Notes under the pieces: generated by a model
The model's input: only the letters and a program-made list of their open reading frames with translations
Told to the model about the DNA's origin: nothing
Database searches by the model: none
Made by a program: the position numbers and the translations under genes
NCBI GenBank assembly: GCA_964016885.1
Contig: OZ024740.1
Span: forward strand, 377,456,001-377,520,000
Reading direction: 5' to 3'
Origin: Eledone cirrhosa
Taxonomy: Eukaryota
Length of the DNA: 64,000 nucleotides
Shown here: positions 46,240 through 60,808 of the stretch, in pieces
Position numbering within the stretch: the stretch's first letter is position 1
Layout: the number at the start of each line of letters is the position of its first letter

Positions 46240-47192
46240 TAAAATCAGGTTAAATAAAACGTGGTTTAGATGACTCGGTTTAGATGACTCCTAACCAGTA
46301 GAGGATCCGGTGGACCATCCACCATAAGGACAACAAACTATGGGTGGTTGTTGTTGTCCATTGGTCATTGGTACGGGGTGTAGGGGACCTACAGGGGGGG
46401 GGGGGGGCGTTGTGGGAGGCCGTAACTGGTGTTTATCCATATAGCTTCAGGAAAGTTCCCGTCCTTAGGTGTCTGCAGGTACCGATAAGTCGACCCTTCT
46501 GTTTAATAGCTTGGTTCCGCCATGAAGAATCTCGAGTGTCTCACTAAGACAGAGGTTGGTTGCAAATACCAGACCCACCTCTGTCTGGGGGAACCTTTCT
46601 AACCACGGACCAGACCAGAGAGTGCGGGGTCTTTTCAAGTTTGAGCTTCCAGATCAATTCAGAAAGGGCCGTACATTTCCTCTTATCTATTCTGTTAAAG
46701 GGATGGCGATTGTTATACCACCGATCTTTGCAGCTCGTCGCTGTGGATCCTATGTAGTGGTGCTCCGAGTTAGAGGTTGTGACCTTGCACCTGTAGACTA
46801 CGTTTTTCGTTATGCATTCATTACTAAGGGGGTATAGTGATGGGTCTCTGCAATTACATGACTTCTTAAGCCCCACCACATGTACCGCGTGGTTACCATC
46901 ACTCGGAGTTGGCTGGGTAGCCTCCGCAATCAGCACAGGGTCGTTGGGTTCCGGTGTGCTAGTTGGGCCTGTCCGGGTTCCGTTGCGTCCCGCGTGATGG
47001 TTCTGATGGGGGGCTCCGGGGTTTACGGTGGTATTAGAGGCAGTGAGCCTATTCCTATTTATGCCAGCTATGTGCTGGGCTACGGAGCGTGTGGTTGAGT
47101 AGGATAGTTTCACCGTGTGCCTGTTGAATATTTTATGGTTCTTGTGGGCCCTAGGGAAACATTTATCCAGTACTCTAAAGAATATTCTAGCC
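46240..47192 (-). pseudogene. Naiad-like PLE 3' fragment (linker, zinc motif, GIY-YIG, 3' UTR), TA-flanked
   Basis: KIFNRHTVKLSYST, SCNCRDP..PL..EC, VVYRC..YIGST. A 4 bp CAAC duplication near 46555 frameshifts CNLCLSE. Confidence 0.88.
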
Positions 47193-47209
47193 ATATATAT
47201 ATATATATA

Positions 47210-48225
47210 TAGCAAATTACCCATGGAGCTTCTATCATTATTCAGAGACTAACAGCCAGTAAAGGAGCTTCGCAGGTACTTCTGAATTGCAACTGAATTT
47301 GGTTGTCTTATCGTATCTCACCGACACCTACGAGCCACCAAGCCTAGAAGCCCATCTATAGAACAAGTCTCTATACATGGAATAAATTACATCAGGAGAG
47401 TTGGGAAGGAACTCCTTGAAAAATACTCACTGTATAATAACAAAAGATTCACACTCAGGGAAATTGTCATGGAATAACGCAACGAGTCCATGGATGAAAA
47501 GCTGCATACTTATTATCAAAGTATCGTGCATGACCATGTTGCTAGAAAGCTTCAAATTCAGAGTAATATAGATAAGCATAGTAGTCTATATTGAACCAAC
47601 AACCGGCATATTAGCTCTCACTTTAAAGGGTATGCTCATACAATCCAAGAACAGGAAACAACAGATGCAGACTCTGCGGAATAATCATTGAAGATGTCAT
47701 CACTATTTTATTTACTTATGAGGCATGAGGCAGTGGCCAAACTACTATACAATGCAATCCGTAAAACGGATAATCTTTAGAATAGACATATAAAAAGTTA
47801 CTGTGGTGTGGAGGACATATGCATACATAATATAATAGATTTCTAGTGGAATGTTCCAGTCAAAACCCCAATAAGATACAAACCTAACAGTCAAGACAGT
47901 GACATGGGACAGAGAAATAGCATGCACACTAGTGGAAATCAGCTGTCCAGCAGATGCCAATATAATGCTAATGATTAGTGAAAAGTGGAACATTTATGTT
48001 GAACTAATGAGAAATCTGCAAGTACTACACTTGATTATACCTCTATATTTGTACCTGTGATTATTGGGGCTCTCGGATGTGTTGCTAATAGTCTCGGTAT
48101 AAATCTTAAGAAGCAGCTGTACTTCAGAAATCCAGAAAGGGAACCACTAGTTAGGAAGTTATAAATACAATCCACTAATGGAACTGTAAAAATATGTAAA
48201 ACATTTCAGAAATTTAGCATGTAAT
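47210..48225 (+). pseudogene. Decayed Dong/R4-clade LINE 3' portion
   Basis: Remnants of HDHVAR, NKP(N)L...LVEISCP and VPVIIGALG in broken frames. Confidence 0.65.
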
Positions 48226-49068
48226 AACTGGATATGCACTACAGAAACATATGCACGTATACCCATATAACTCAATACATACAGATCCATACAACCAATA
48301 ACACGTGTTCTTACCTGCATATAGAGACACACAAACACATGCAGGCATATATACGTATTTGCCTAGTTGGTGTCTAAATTCAAATGAAATAGTCCTGTTT
48401 CTATGTTAGAAACCGACTCTCCCTCTATTGGTGAAAATTTATATAATAATAAAACCAGAAGAACATACATACATATGTCGAGGTTATGTGCGAAACAGTG
48501 AGAGAAAGAGAGACAAAGAGAGAGAGAGAAAGGGAGATATGAGAGAGAGAGAGGGCGGAGAAAGAGAAAGGGGGCATAGAGAGACGGAGAATGAGAGAGA
48601 GAGATACAAATGTCACAACACTATTACCTTCCTATTTTATATCAGTGTCAGATGAAGTAAAAGTCAATGCGTATTAGAGAATAATAAGCGTTAAAACACT
48701 GACATATCACCTCAACCTACAGTCACCTCAACCTAGGAGGCTTCGATAAACTGACCTTTGGGAATTCTGCAATTGGTAACTACCAATTGTGGTAACTACC
48801 AATTGTGGTAACTACCAATTGGTAGTTACCACAATTCCGGTTTGTATTTATTTTCTTAATTTTTTCTTAAATTGAGACAAGCGAACCCAACTGTCTATAG
48901 TTAGTATTCTTTTCACCTTAGGGAATCAGGTCCCTTACGATTTGAACATATATACCTATGTTCGTTTTTCTTTTATATTCTATTATAATATACGGCTCAA
49001 AAATATCTCTTTCCTAGAGGTATTTTGTTGTAAGAGACTATTTTGAGTTCCTAACTCAATATATACCA

Positions 49069-49102
<34 letters not shown>

Positions 49103-49243
49103 TACAACATAGACGAAGTTCTAGTATACGGCCAAGCTAGCGTGTATGCTTATTCGGTTTGTAGCTTTAGCACTCAGATGAGCTTAGCAAATTAGATATA
49201 GCAGTCGGCAGTCCGACCGCATCACTAGAGCAACGAAAATACA

Positions 49244-49277
<34 letters not shown>

Positions 49278-49432
49278 CGAAGGAAATGTGGTAAGGAACC
49301 AGGTGGACCATAACGCACCAAAGTACTCAATACTTGAGGTAGTAGAGTGGGTAATAGGAACCAGTAAGACCCCGACAGCTGAGCTCAAGCCGTCGAAACG
49401 GCTTGAGCTCAGCTGTCGGGGTCTTACTGGTT

Positions 49433-49476
<44 letters not shown>

Positions 49477-50107
49477 TACTTTAAAATAGTAGCGCAAGGT
49501 CTTCGAAATGTTTTTAATTAAACATACCGTATATTACCAAATATACTATACATACATTCATGTATACATACATCGCTATTTCAGAGCACCAATCCTAATT
49601 TTTAATTTTTGCTGGACCGGCAATCGTTCTGTATAATCAGTTCCTGATTATTACTGGAATTCTATAAGAATCCAGTCTCTATAATTTTCGGCAGAGGTCG
49701 GGGAGTACGTTGCTCTGAGGAACAACAACAATGTGAAACAGAATCTGTAGGCTTCTCTCCCTTCCTTTGCCGAAAAAAGAAGTAAGTGACATATTCACTA
49801 CTTTAAAATGATAGCGCATAATGACTACTTTAAAATGATAGCGCAAAGTCTTCAAAATGTTTTTAATTAAACATACGGTATATTACCAAATATACTATAC
49901 ATACATTTATATATATATATATATATATTAAAATAACAGTTTAAAGTTTAAGCAAAGAATCGCAGCTTTCACCCTTAACGGGATCTTCTTTTCTTAAACT
50001 TTAATCTATTATTTTAATAAATATTTTCTCTAAGGTTCTTATATATTTGATATATATTTATCCTTATTGAGCCCTCTTTGGATTTTAGTCTTCAAATTTA
50101 ATATTAT

Positions 50108-50211
<104 letters not shown>

Positions 50212-50212
50212 T

Positions 50213-50250
<38 letters not shown>

Positions 50251-50251
<1 letters not shown>

Positions 50252-50432
50252 TCTACAATTAAGGAGCGTATTTATATATCCATATCCAAAATTAACATAA
50301 ATCAAAGTGAATTTAATCTAAATCAAAATTATGGGTGTCATGCCAGACATAATTTTGATTTAGATTAAATTCAGTTTGATTTATGTTAATTTTGGATATG
50401 GATATGTAAATACGGCTCCTTAATTGTAGAGC
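50251..50432. repeat. ~80 bp-arm hairpin at the edge of a microsatellite
   Basis: CTCTACAATTAAGGAGC...CAAAATTATG pairs with CATAATTTTG...GCTCCTTAATTGTAGAG. Confidence 0.85.
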
Positions 50433-50835
50433 TAACTCTGTTGAAAGGACTTGACTGCTGTTTCTAGTTGTCGATAATCCTATTCACGCCACTGGGACGA
50501 AGCTGGTATGATGTGTGTATTTTTAGTAGATACAGCACGTGTTACTGGCCAGTCGGTGATTTGAACTTAATGCGTAAACACAGATGGCTGGACTTCTTCC
50601 TTGTTGAAAATCCAAGTATCGGCCTCCGTGGTTTACCATTCGATTAATTCGGGAAATATATTTCTTTAATGGAATATATACAGGGAAGATTAATCATATT
50701 ATAAGGTATCTATTTTTGAAGTTCTAGTTAACTTTATTTAGTTACCTACCTAGCTATGTGTGCATACACATTTGTAAAAATTATCCCCTGTGATTGTTTC
50801 ATATGTTTATTTATATGTTAATCAATTTCTAGTTG

Positions 50836-50909
<74 letters not shown>

Positions 50910-51083
50910 AGTGAGAGAGAAAACGAGAAAGAGATAGATAGATATGTGTGAGTACAAACAAATATACATACATACATGCATGATGATGGTTGCCCCCTCG
51001 TTATCAAGTATAGTCATTGCACGATATAACATTATTGATAATTATCAATTAATGCTATCGTACAATGCCTGTGCGTGAAGATT

Positions 51084-51177
<94 letters not shown>

Positions 51178-51220
51178 CATATATAGATATACATATGTAA
51201 GTATGGGTGATGTCGAACAT

Positions 51221-51470
51221 TAATAATAATACTCGATTCGTTTGTAAACAAACTGCCCGATTTGATGCTGTGCCGTGCCGGTGACCGATCGTCACCTGTT
51301 TGTTCAACACTGCCTTTGAACGAATCGAATCGAATCGAGCATTATTATCAATGTTCGAATCGAACATTGATAATAAAGCCAGTGTTGAACAAACAGGTGA
51401 CAATCTGTCACCGGCACGGCACAGCTTCAAATCGGGCCGTTTGTTTACAACCGATTGGAGCATTATTATT
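51221..51470. mobile_element. MITE/foldback-like element with ~95 bp imperfect terminal inverted repeats
   Basis: TTGTAAACAAACTGCCCGATTTGA..TGTGCCGTGCCGGTGAC pairs with GTCACCGGCACGGCACA..TCAAATCGGGCCGTTTGTTTACAA. Confidence 0.65.
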
Positions 51471-51706
51471 GGCAGTATCGGTAGAGGGTCGGACGCCATG
51501 CTTTGACGCAAAGAGTTACGGCCCTTTCCATTCTGAGTTCAAATCCCGCCGAGGTTAACTTTGCCTTACATCCTTACGGGGGTCGATAAAATAAAGTACC
51601 AGTAATACACTGATTAATTGCTGGCCTTGTGCCAAAAGTAGAAACAATTATTAATATTCGATATAACCCATACGTACATATGAATATATGTGTGTGTGTA
51701 CATGTT

Positions 51707-51757
<51 letters not shown>

Positions 51758-51878
51758 ACGTGTGCTTACTTACATTTATGTATCAGGTGTGCTAGGGCGA
51801 GAAATAAAATTCTATACATAGATATGTATTTGTGTGTGTGTGTGTGTGTGTAAGTGTTTACGTGTGCATACTTACATT

Positions 51879-52011
<133 letters not shown>

Positions 52012-52949
52012 ATTATATATATATATATATATATATATTAAAATAACAGATTAAAGTTTAAGCAAAGAATCGCTGCTTTCACCCTTAACGGGATCTTCTG
52101 AAACTAACAAAGTCAATCTGTAAACGCAGAAGTGGATATTTCAAAAAACGTTGCAACCGGAGGAAGACAGGAAGACGATACTTTGGTTCGTGGAAACGTT
52201 CGCTGGCAAAGAGCGGGAAAAAACGAATAATACGTCATTAATAGGAGCGGTGAAAAACAATTACGCGCAAAGACAGAACCACGTTTATGGTATAAAAGAG
52301 GTCGATGACTAATGTTCTCTTAGGTGGTGCATAGAGACGTTCTCTGGCAATGAACGAAAAAACGAAGATAATAAGTCATATGTGGAGCGTGGAGAACAAT
52401 AGCACGCAAAGACAAAACCACGTAAATGGTATAGCAGAAGTTGTAGACTAAAATTCTAACTAGGAGACCAAATGAATCTCCGCTACAGGGTTAAGAACAA
52501 AATAAATAAATACAATACAGAAGTAATAGAAACAAATAAATACATACACGCAAACAGATACGTACATACACAAGCATACGCAAAACCTTACCATAGGTAT
52601 ACAAAACCACGCACATATAAATATGTATGTGTGTGTATGCTTGTGTACAAATAAATAAATAATTATATAAACGTATATCAGTAAATAAATACGTATATAA
52701 CAAGCGCACACACATACCTACAAATAAATACACGAATGTTCGGAGACGTAAGTCAACTAAAACAAGAAGTACACATATACACACACCCACCATACGTACG
52801 AACCTGCATACTCACGCAGACGCAAAACTCCCGTATACACATAGCCAAACCCTAAATGCCAGAATATGTAAAAATTATTATATATAGTAATAGTAATTAT
52901 AATATAATTATTCTTTGCTTAAACTTTAATCTGTTATTTTAATAAATTG

Positions 52950-53004
<55 letters not shown>

Positions 53005-53079
53005 AATGTTGCTTAGATGCGTCCATAGTCGGTATGCCGGTTGAGCACTCTATGCTCCTTCAGAGCAGAGTATAATATT

Positions 53080-53402
53080 ATAGAAAACGAAGAATCAGTG
53101 ATGCATCGAAAGGCAATTTATTAACGTATTACAATTGTTTCTCCGGCGAACAGCACGAGGTACGATCTATTTGTGGATCGAACCTGACTCTGGATTCGCA
53201 AGCTTCTCAGATACGTCTAGCGACTTCGAAGCAAATCTTCCGTCTTGCTTCGAAGTCGCTAGACGTATCTAAGAAACTTGCGAATCCAGAGTCAGGTTCG
53301 ATCCACAAATAGATCGTACCTCGTGCTGTTCGCCGGAGAAACAATTGTAATACGTTAATAAATTGTGTTTCGATGCATCATTGATTCATCGTTTTCTATA
53401 AT
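53080..53402. mobile_element. Family J palindrome with two outward-facing HHR-like motifs (53124-53216 -, 53263-53355 +)
   Basis: ACGTAT-CT(G/A)AGAA-...-GAAA-CAATTG-TA-ATACGT. Stem I is 6 bp and stem III is palindromic, but the core is non-canonical. Confidence 0.7.
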
Positions 53403-54718
53403 ATATATATATATTGGAAAATGTGTGAGATCACTTGTAGTTGTAAATAATTTGATTTAATTTTATAATATTATAATATTATAAAATTAAATCAAATTAT
53501 TTACAACTACAAGTGAAGTCATTCTTTTCCTTTTTTTTTCAAATATATATATATAGTTCTGAACTAGCTGTTGAAATGACAAGAGCTCAGCCGTCGGAGT
53601 CCCCGACTCTTTCATATTACTAGATTCTACTACTGCAAGTATCGAGTACTCTGGTGATTAATAATCTAACAGGTTTTTACTGCATACATTTTTATTTATA
53701 TATATATATGATATATGTAATTCTTGTGTACATTGACCTTAACTTACACACATGAATAGGGCGCATATATTTCCAACATCAAGAGGACTTATATTCAACG
53801 TGACACCTCCAGAAGCACCCAGTAGTATTAGCTCTTTGATAATAATGATAATAAATATGTGCATAGTGGCGTTTTTTTAACATGCACATGCTTATTCGTA
53901 AGATGGCTTTTTGGTTTTTCAGATGTTAATGGCTATGATACTTTCTTGCTCGATCATTTTATTAGTTGAACACATCATGAATATTTTAAAAGGCAGTTTA
54001 ATTCCAGTGACAACTCCTATAAATATATAATAGATTTATTTCAATAAATTTTGTAGAATACGTATTTATATCTACGATATTGTATTACCATTTATCTTAT
54101 CGGCTACAAAGATATGAATAATTTTAATCTATTTCGAAGATATTTGAAATCAGAACTTATGAGGTAGATTTTAAAGATTTTTAATCATTTCATCCTTTAT
54201 CAAACGTTTCTGCTTGTGAAATTCAAGGATTGTGTAGGCATTGCTTTTCGATAGTTTAATATAGAAAATAAAGTCTTTATCGTTTATCTTATACTGACAT
54301 TTAATATAAGGATGGAAACTTTGTAATGCTTTCCGGGGAATGAATTATGTGCTAAACTGACATCACTGGTTTCAACCATTATCTTTCAAATTAGCGAGTG
54401 AGTTGCGTTCGTGGTAATATGTGCAATTGTTCCTGTAGGTTTATTCATCAAATATCAGTATAAATGAAAATATAAAGAACAGTTAACGTTTAATCATTTA
54501 TTTGGATTGAACCCTGGTAAAACTCGTAGAGCTAGAAATAAGTTACAGTCAGTAAAAATGATGATATTACATGTTATTCAATTATGTTATTTTATGATGT
54601 TATTGGTGTGAAGGCACAGTTTCAATATTCATTTCAATGGACGCTAAGACTTGTAGGAAGAAGAAGGTAAATCATTTTCAGACAAGAGAGCTGGCCCAAA
54701 TACCAACCCCTATATGCA

Positions 54719-54902
54719 CACAAAAGTCAAGTGGTAGATGGATTAAGTTTACAACCTTGCTAGTAAGAAATACATGTGCTGGTCATAGTAATGGTGATAA
54801 TCTGAATTTCACAAAAGTCAACTGAGAGATGGATTAAGTTTACAACCTTGCTAGTAAGAAATACATGTGCTGGTCATGGTAATGGTGATAATCTGAATTT
54901 CA
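54719..54902. repeat. 91 bp tandem duplication
   Basis: AGATGGATTAAGTTTACAACC...TCTGAATTTCA occurs twice. Confidence 0.9.
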
Positions 54903-56164
54903 ATTGGCGATTCTAATCATTATTTCATTTTATTCCCACAATTTAATGTCTTCACAAATCCTTTCGCAAAGTGAGACAATTGTTTTCAAATAAAATAAAA
55001 ACCAATATCATGATTTTTGCATAAAGTATTTTCATTTATTCTAAAAACATTATTTTATACTAAAATATTATTTTTCTTTTCCTTCTCTCTTCAATTTTCG
55101 CCATCTGCTGAAATGAAATAGTATTTGCATTTAAAGACTGTTTACCTAATGCAACATGGTTTCGTCATCCTGTATCAAATCTTCCTTGGACCGATTACAC
55201 TCCTTGCTTCATTAATCGCGTAAGTATTAAACTGGTTGTATTTGTTTTCCTTAACTGGATAAATATCTAATTAAATATTTTGTCAATAGTGTAAATATTA
55301 TATATTTGGTTAATCATATGAATATTATTATCATATATTTTTCATTAAACTCATTGATATTTAGCTGTACATTGCAGCCGACGGTTACTATATCATGGCA
55401 CAAGCCGATATCACGAAATAAATCGAATATTCATCAACAAAAATTAACAGCTATACTAAAAATACTATATCATTGATCTAACATCTAGTGTTGACAAGTA
55501 TTTTCCCTCCCTGAACAGCATACATTTCTCAAATTATAACATATTCCATCATTGTTCAATGAAAACAATATAAAACGTTAGCTACAGCTGCATGCAGAGA
55601 ATTCCCAGTGTCATTCATAGTCTCAAGGCAATGGTGAATAACAAGGAAAAAGTATTATATAACATGTTGACATCCCCATTAATAACACTTCAAGCGACTA
55701 TATAGGATTTACAGAGCACTCATTCGAATGTTCCTGCCCCAGTATAGGATATCATTCATCAGATATGGAATGTCACTATATAAAAATATTTGATGATCAA
55801 CACATCATTACTGGAACAATACTGAGTAAACCTAAAGTGATTATGAATGAATCAAAAGATTTTCATTTCTGTCTTACAGAAAACAGAATTCTTTCATTCG
55901 CCACTTCATTGCAGTTCTAAATAAACGAAGATAAGGTGATGCGATTTGTTGGCACATGTTTAAATTCCACCTCACAAATTTTAAGACATATTCGCCTGAC
56001 CAATGATGTAAAATTATTTACACACTTCTCATATAAGGGTGCATGAGCCAACGATGGAGCCCATACACAGTCACTTGAACCAAGGTGTTTCTCCATATAG
56101 TTGCTCGTCCAGAGATAAATTTAAAGCATATATGCCGTCATATTCTGTATTGTTTTATTCCATA

Positions 56165-57021
56165 CTAGCAGTAAAGCCCGGCGTTGCTCGGGGTCGCTCA
56201 GTAGCTGTGTTAAAGTTACAATGTTAAGTTTCTTTTTGGGCTTAAAAACTGTAGTGTCTACTGTGCAGACTTGCATGTGGTGTTTTTGATTAATATTCCC
56301 TCAACCAACAATATGCCTTATGAAGTTAAGAAAACATAACGATAACCCGAATGTTATAACAAAAGAGGATGCTGGGGATAAAAACTGCACTGGTTATTTA
56401 TTAACAAAGATCGAAAATGTAAACACTGCAACGCAGAGAAAAACATTAGCGTAACCAAATTATCAGTTATGTCTGTCTGCACGCCTATATCACCTCTCTG
56501 CACGACTGTCTGTCTGCACGCCTATATCACCTCTCTGCACGACTATCTGTCTGCACGCGTATATCACCTCTCTGCACGACTGTCTGTCTGCACGCCTAAC
56601 GACGAAATATTTGCTTGTTTTACGTAGTCTTTAAATAGACTTGTTTTCAAGTAAAAATATTGTTTTAAAATGCTTTTAAATGGAAATGAAGCAAAACGGA
56701 AGCCTAGTGTTCGAACTGATGAATTTTGCAGGTCAATATTTTGCTGGCTCGACAACTGTTCGTAGCGTAATTTTTTACGTAAGACGCTCAATGTAAACAG
56801 AACAAAGGGAAATAACTGATAACTTACGCTCAAAAATCGATACATTATATTCGATTTCGTCACATAGGGTGGGTCAATTTGAAATTTTTTTTTCCGATGT
56901 CTTCGCTAGGGCTCAATGTACAAGTATAGCAATTTCGGTGCAATTCCGTGAGAGATTCTAAGAGGAGATGTGTGCCAAAAATCGATAGACAGACAGACAA
57001 CCACAGTTTTATATATATAGA
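56165..57021 (-). mobile_element. Non-autonomous Helitron (~857 bp) with an internal 37 bp x3.5 minisatellite (56470-56598)
   Basis: Minus strand: A|TCTATATATAT...CCCGAGCAACGCCGGG hairpin...CTAG|T, with no target-site duplication. Confidence 0.85.
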
Positions 57022-57161
57022 TTAGTATCGCAGTGTTCGCTCACACAATTGCTTCCACGGATGACTTTTACACGAGTCAGTAATTTCAGTTTCATCTGAC
57101 GAACTCAGATCATGTCACTAGGTAAACAAGTTAAAATCAGAAATATGTATGCGTGTGTATG

Positions 57162-57199
<38 letters not shown>

Positions 57200-58213
57200 T
57201 CTAAGGCGGGTAAAATTCCCGAGATCCATGGACGAGTTCTCTCCAGCGGTCTCTGTCCCTCATTATCGCTTCCATGACCTGCGTCTCCAACAGACCAGTG
57301 TCTGTCTTTAGGGTATCAACATACGTTAACCTTGGTCTTCCTCTTCTAGTGTGTCCATATGAGCGGAAGAGATATATGCGAGGGAGAACAAGTGAGTGTC
57401 ATTCGACTCGGACAGCGCGAAGCAAGTACGCAAACAAATAACAATAAGCTATTTATTGCTTAGCCGTCACAATATTATACCATCTGTTACGTTCACTGCA
57501 TAGATTCCTTCTAAGTGTTGATTCAATTCTCAACAACTTTAAATCTTTTTTGCTATCGTACTTTATCAGCTTTCTGATTTGTATTTGTATATTTGTTGAT
57601 ACAATATCTGTAAATAGATAAATATTGGATAATAGTGGTGTTTATTTTCTATTGGGAGCGTGTGCAAATAGTCACGAAGAACCTTCTACTTGGTCGCTTA
57701 ACCTGGTAGAAATGGCAGCCAAATCACCCACAAATTGCATTTTTGTATAGTTTGAAATTCAGCTTGCCTGAAAAAGTCATGATTGGAACATCTTTGATCA
57801 TAGATGTTCATAGTCGTGGCTGACTCTGAGCTAAATAAACAACAGTGGCGTATTCATACGTTTGCATAGAGGATATCCTTTCGATGAGAGTAGTGTCTCA
57901 TTAATGATTTTTTATTTTTCCATTCAAATGCACTTAGCAGGAATCTTTATACATATCTATTTACATTGAAATCATAAAATCCATAAGCCTCTTCTTGTTT
58001 GAGCCCATCAACTATATATAAAATGTGAAAAATTGCCTTCCACTTTCGAATTCTGCTGAAAATTATGTTTCTAAGTTGTAAGAAGCTGATAGGTTGGGGG
58101 GGTGTAGCTTTATATTAGTTTTGGTTAAATTGTTAAATCTCTCTAATCAGTTCCAATTAAAAAAGATAAAGTCAACATTTTTTCTCGCAAATTCTTATTG
58201 TCTCCTTTACTTT

Positions 58214-58271
<58 letters not shown>

Positions 58272-60349
58272 TTTCATTCTTTCTCTCTATCTCTCTCTCT
58301 AATTCTTTTATTTACTACTCAGTTTCCACTTAGGCCGCAGGAGAAATTTACTATGAAATTTACTAACCAGAGTGGACAAAGCGCTAATGACATGATATGA
58401 ACTCTTTAACCGAAATGTCAACCTTTGTAACTCATTGTACAATTGATTTTGTCAGATTACAGTAACCATGCATTTAGAGGAATTACTAAGTAGATTTCTA
58501 GCTGAAATGAGTGACAATCGTAAGATTGGTATCTAAAATCTTATTTTTCCTATTCTTCTCGTTTTTGATCAACACGTTTGTGATTGGTTCAATGATGACA
58601 TACTTCGCCACTTTGAACTGAGAATTGACATTCTTCATATAATCCCCAAATTAACATAACCAAAATATTCTGCTACTTAAACTGAAGCTGTCGTAACTGA
58701 ATTTAAGATATTTTACCAGAACAAAGATTTAACAAAGAAGGGTTATTGCTAACAGCAAAATTGTAACACTCCGTATTTTATTTGTTATTCATGTATTGAT
58801 ATTCTTAGAAAAATAAAGACTTTTGAAAAAATATATTATATTGTTCTTGTAAAGTATAAAAACAAATTATATATTTCTGTAATTGTAATTGCACTTCAGC
58901 TTGAGGATTAAAATTTCAAGCAAAATCATTTTGTCGATATTAACATTTTTTCTCTTTGCCTTTGTCTTAAACAGATTTCAAAGCTGTTACATGAAGTCAT
59001 TATCATGTAATTTCTGAGTTAAGAAAGAAACTAGCCATCTTAATGCAGATATCTGCCATAAGCATAAGAGAAAATTGAAATACATAGGTTTTGATGACAT
59101 TATTTCAAAAGTTAGAACTGCCATACTACATTTTCATAAGCTCATAACTGCCTCTCAAAAGTTTGCATATATATTTCTATTATTAATGGCTGCTAAACAT
59201 TCAGCAGGGTGGCGTGATACTAATTGTATTATATATAAGATTATAATTGCAGCATTGTTTTAGTTTGGCCAAAATAAATTTTATAAACACCGTACAGAAT
59301 GAAACAGGCATCTTCAGAAATAAAGATTGAAATACAATTTCGCATTCGTATGAAGTTATTTCACTTAATTTGTGCTAGTGTTCTATTAATTTCCATCGAT
59401 ATTCATGCCTTCCAAAATAGAATTGCCCGTAGAGTAGATGTGCAAATAATCAACTCACTCGATCTGCATGTAGAAAGTATGCTGGTAGTAGGAACAAATA
59501 CCTTTGTCCTACTGCAACAGTTCTTTTGGCATCGTATAATTTGGAGCTTTTATGTACCGTTTAATCTGATGTATGTGTTCCAAAGTGTTAGGGCATATAA
59601 CAAACATATGACCGTCTTCTGTTAGATGCCTCTCACGATAGAACAGTATTTTAGACACCAGATGATCTGAGCCTACTTCAATATAGTGCATATTCTGTGT
59701 ATGACACAAAGTCTGGAATCGTTTCTTACCAATTGATACTGAGGATCTTTTTAAAAACACGTTGTGAGAAATAGTTTACCATGTGTATACAGTTGAGGCT
59801 TTACTAGCACAAAGTGGCATGTATAATATGTATGATAGATTTATTTATAGGCTGATGCGTCTTCTTGCAATTTGTGCATTCACTTTGCAATTAATTGTGA
59901 AATTTCCAGTGACCAGTTCTGTAAGGACTTGTCAATGCTATCTTTGTTATAATAATCTAAGACAGCACTGAGAACGCAGTCATCAACAAACAAAGACACT
60001 GACGATGCTTCCTATAAAATCATCTAGAAATGCAGTTTTGCCATCACTAATAGTAATTGATTCTGATTCCAATATCGTCATTTCTGAAAATATCACTCAA
60101 TATTTCAGATAACATAAGACTTATTATTATTGGTGGATTGGCAGTATTGCTAGAGGGCCGGACGCCATGCTTCGAAGCATAGAGTTACGGCCCTTTATGA
60201 TCTGAGTTCAAATCCCGCCGAGGGTAACTTTGCCTTTCATCCTTACGGGGTCGATAAAATAAAGTACCAGTCACGCACTGGGGTCGATTTCATCGACTTT
60301 TCCCTCCCCCCCAAAAATTGCTGGATTTGTACCTATAAGAAACCAATAT

Positions 60350-60808
60350 TATTCAGCCAATCCCTAATCAACTTTTTCAAATTTCATTTGGAAAGGAAGG
60401 TGAAGGTGGAAAGAGAAGTGCTGCCCACCTCCTTCCAGTACATTTGCTGAAAGGTGGATGAATGTGGCGAGAATGGCCCGTGCGTGAGTGGGCCTACTCT
60501 GACCATGCGCCTATAGTCTGGTTAATTTGAGGAGGGGGTGCCCTCTCGGGTGCCCAGGAAGCGTCGGGGGGTTCAGGATTGGTGGGGTACCTGTGTCGCA
60601 CCTGGGTAGTTCACTCCTTTATTGGGGAATTTATTTTGTTATTTTTATTCATAGTTTATTTTTATATTTTTTCATTGTTAAATTGGTTTTGTTAATGTGC
60701 ATTTTTATTCAATCTTATTGTAAACCCCCACTGTCCCAGTCTTTTGTATTGTCCCCTATATGTTGGCCCTTGTGGCCAATAAATGAAATTATTATTATTA
60801 TTATTATT
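60350..60808 (+). mobile_element. 3' end of a probable Tx1/L1-clade LINE with AATAAA and an (ATT)n tail
   Basis: SLINFFKFHLERKVKVEREVL...ERWMNVARMAR, then a T-rich UTR and AATAAATGAA(ATT)n. Confidence 0.5.

Noticed and set aside
49170-49245. CAGATGA...GAAA in a TA-flanked island
   Set aside because: Stems I and III could not be paired.
53430-53517. AT-rich perfect hairpin resembling a pre-miRNA
   Set aside because: It is one of many fold-back junction products next to TA tracts, and nothing supports processing.
53700-60100. Microsatellite-poor stretch that might hold host exons
   Set aside because: Only short ORFs with no recognisable domain; RNA-seq or a homology search would be needed.
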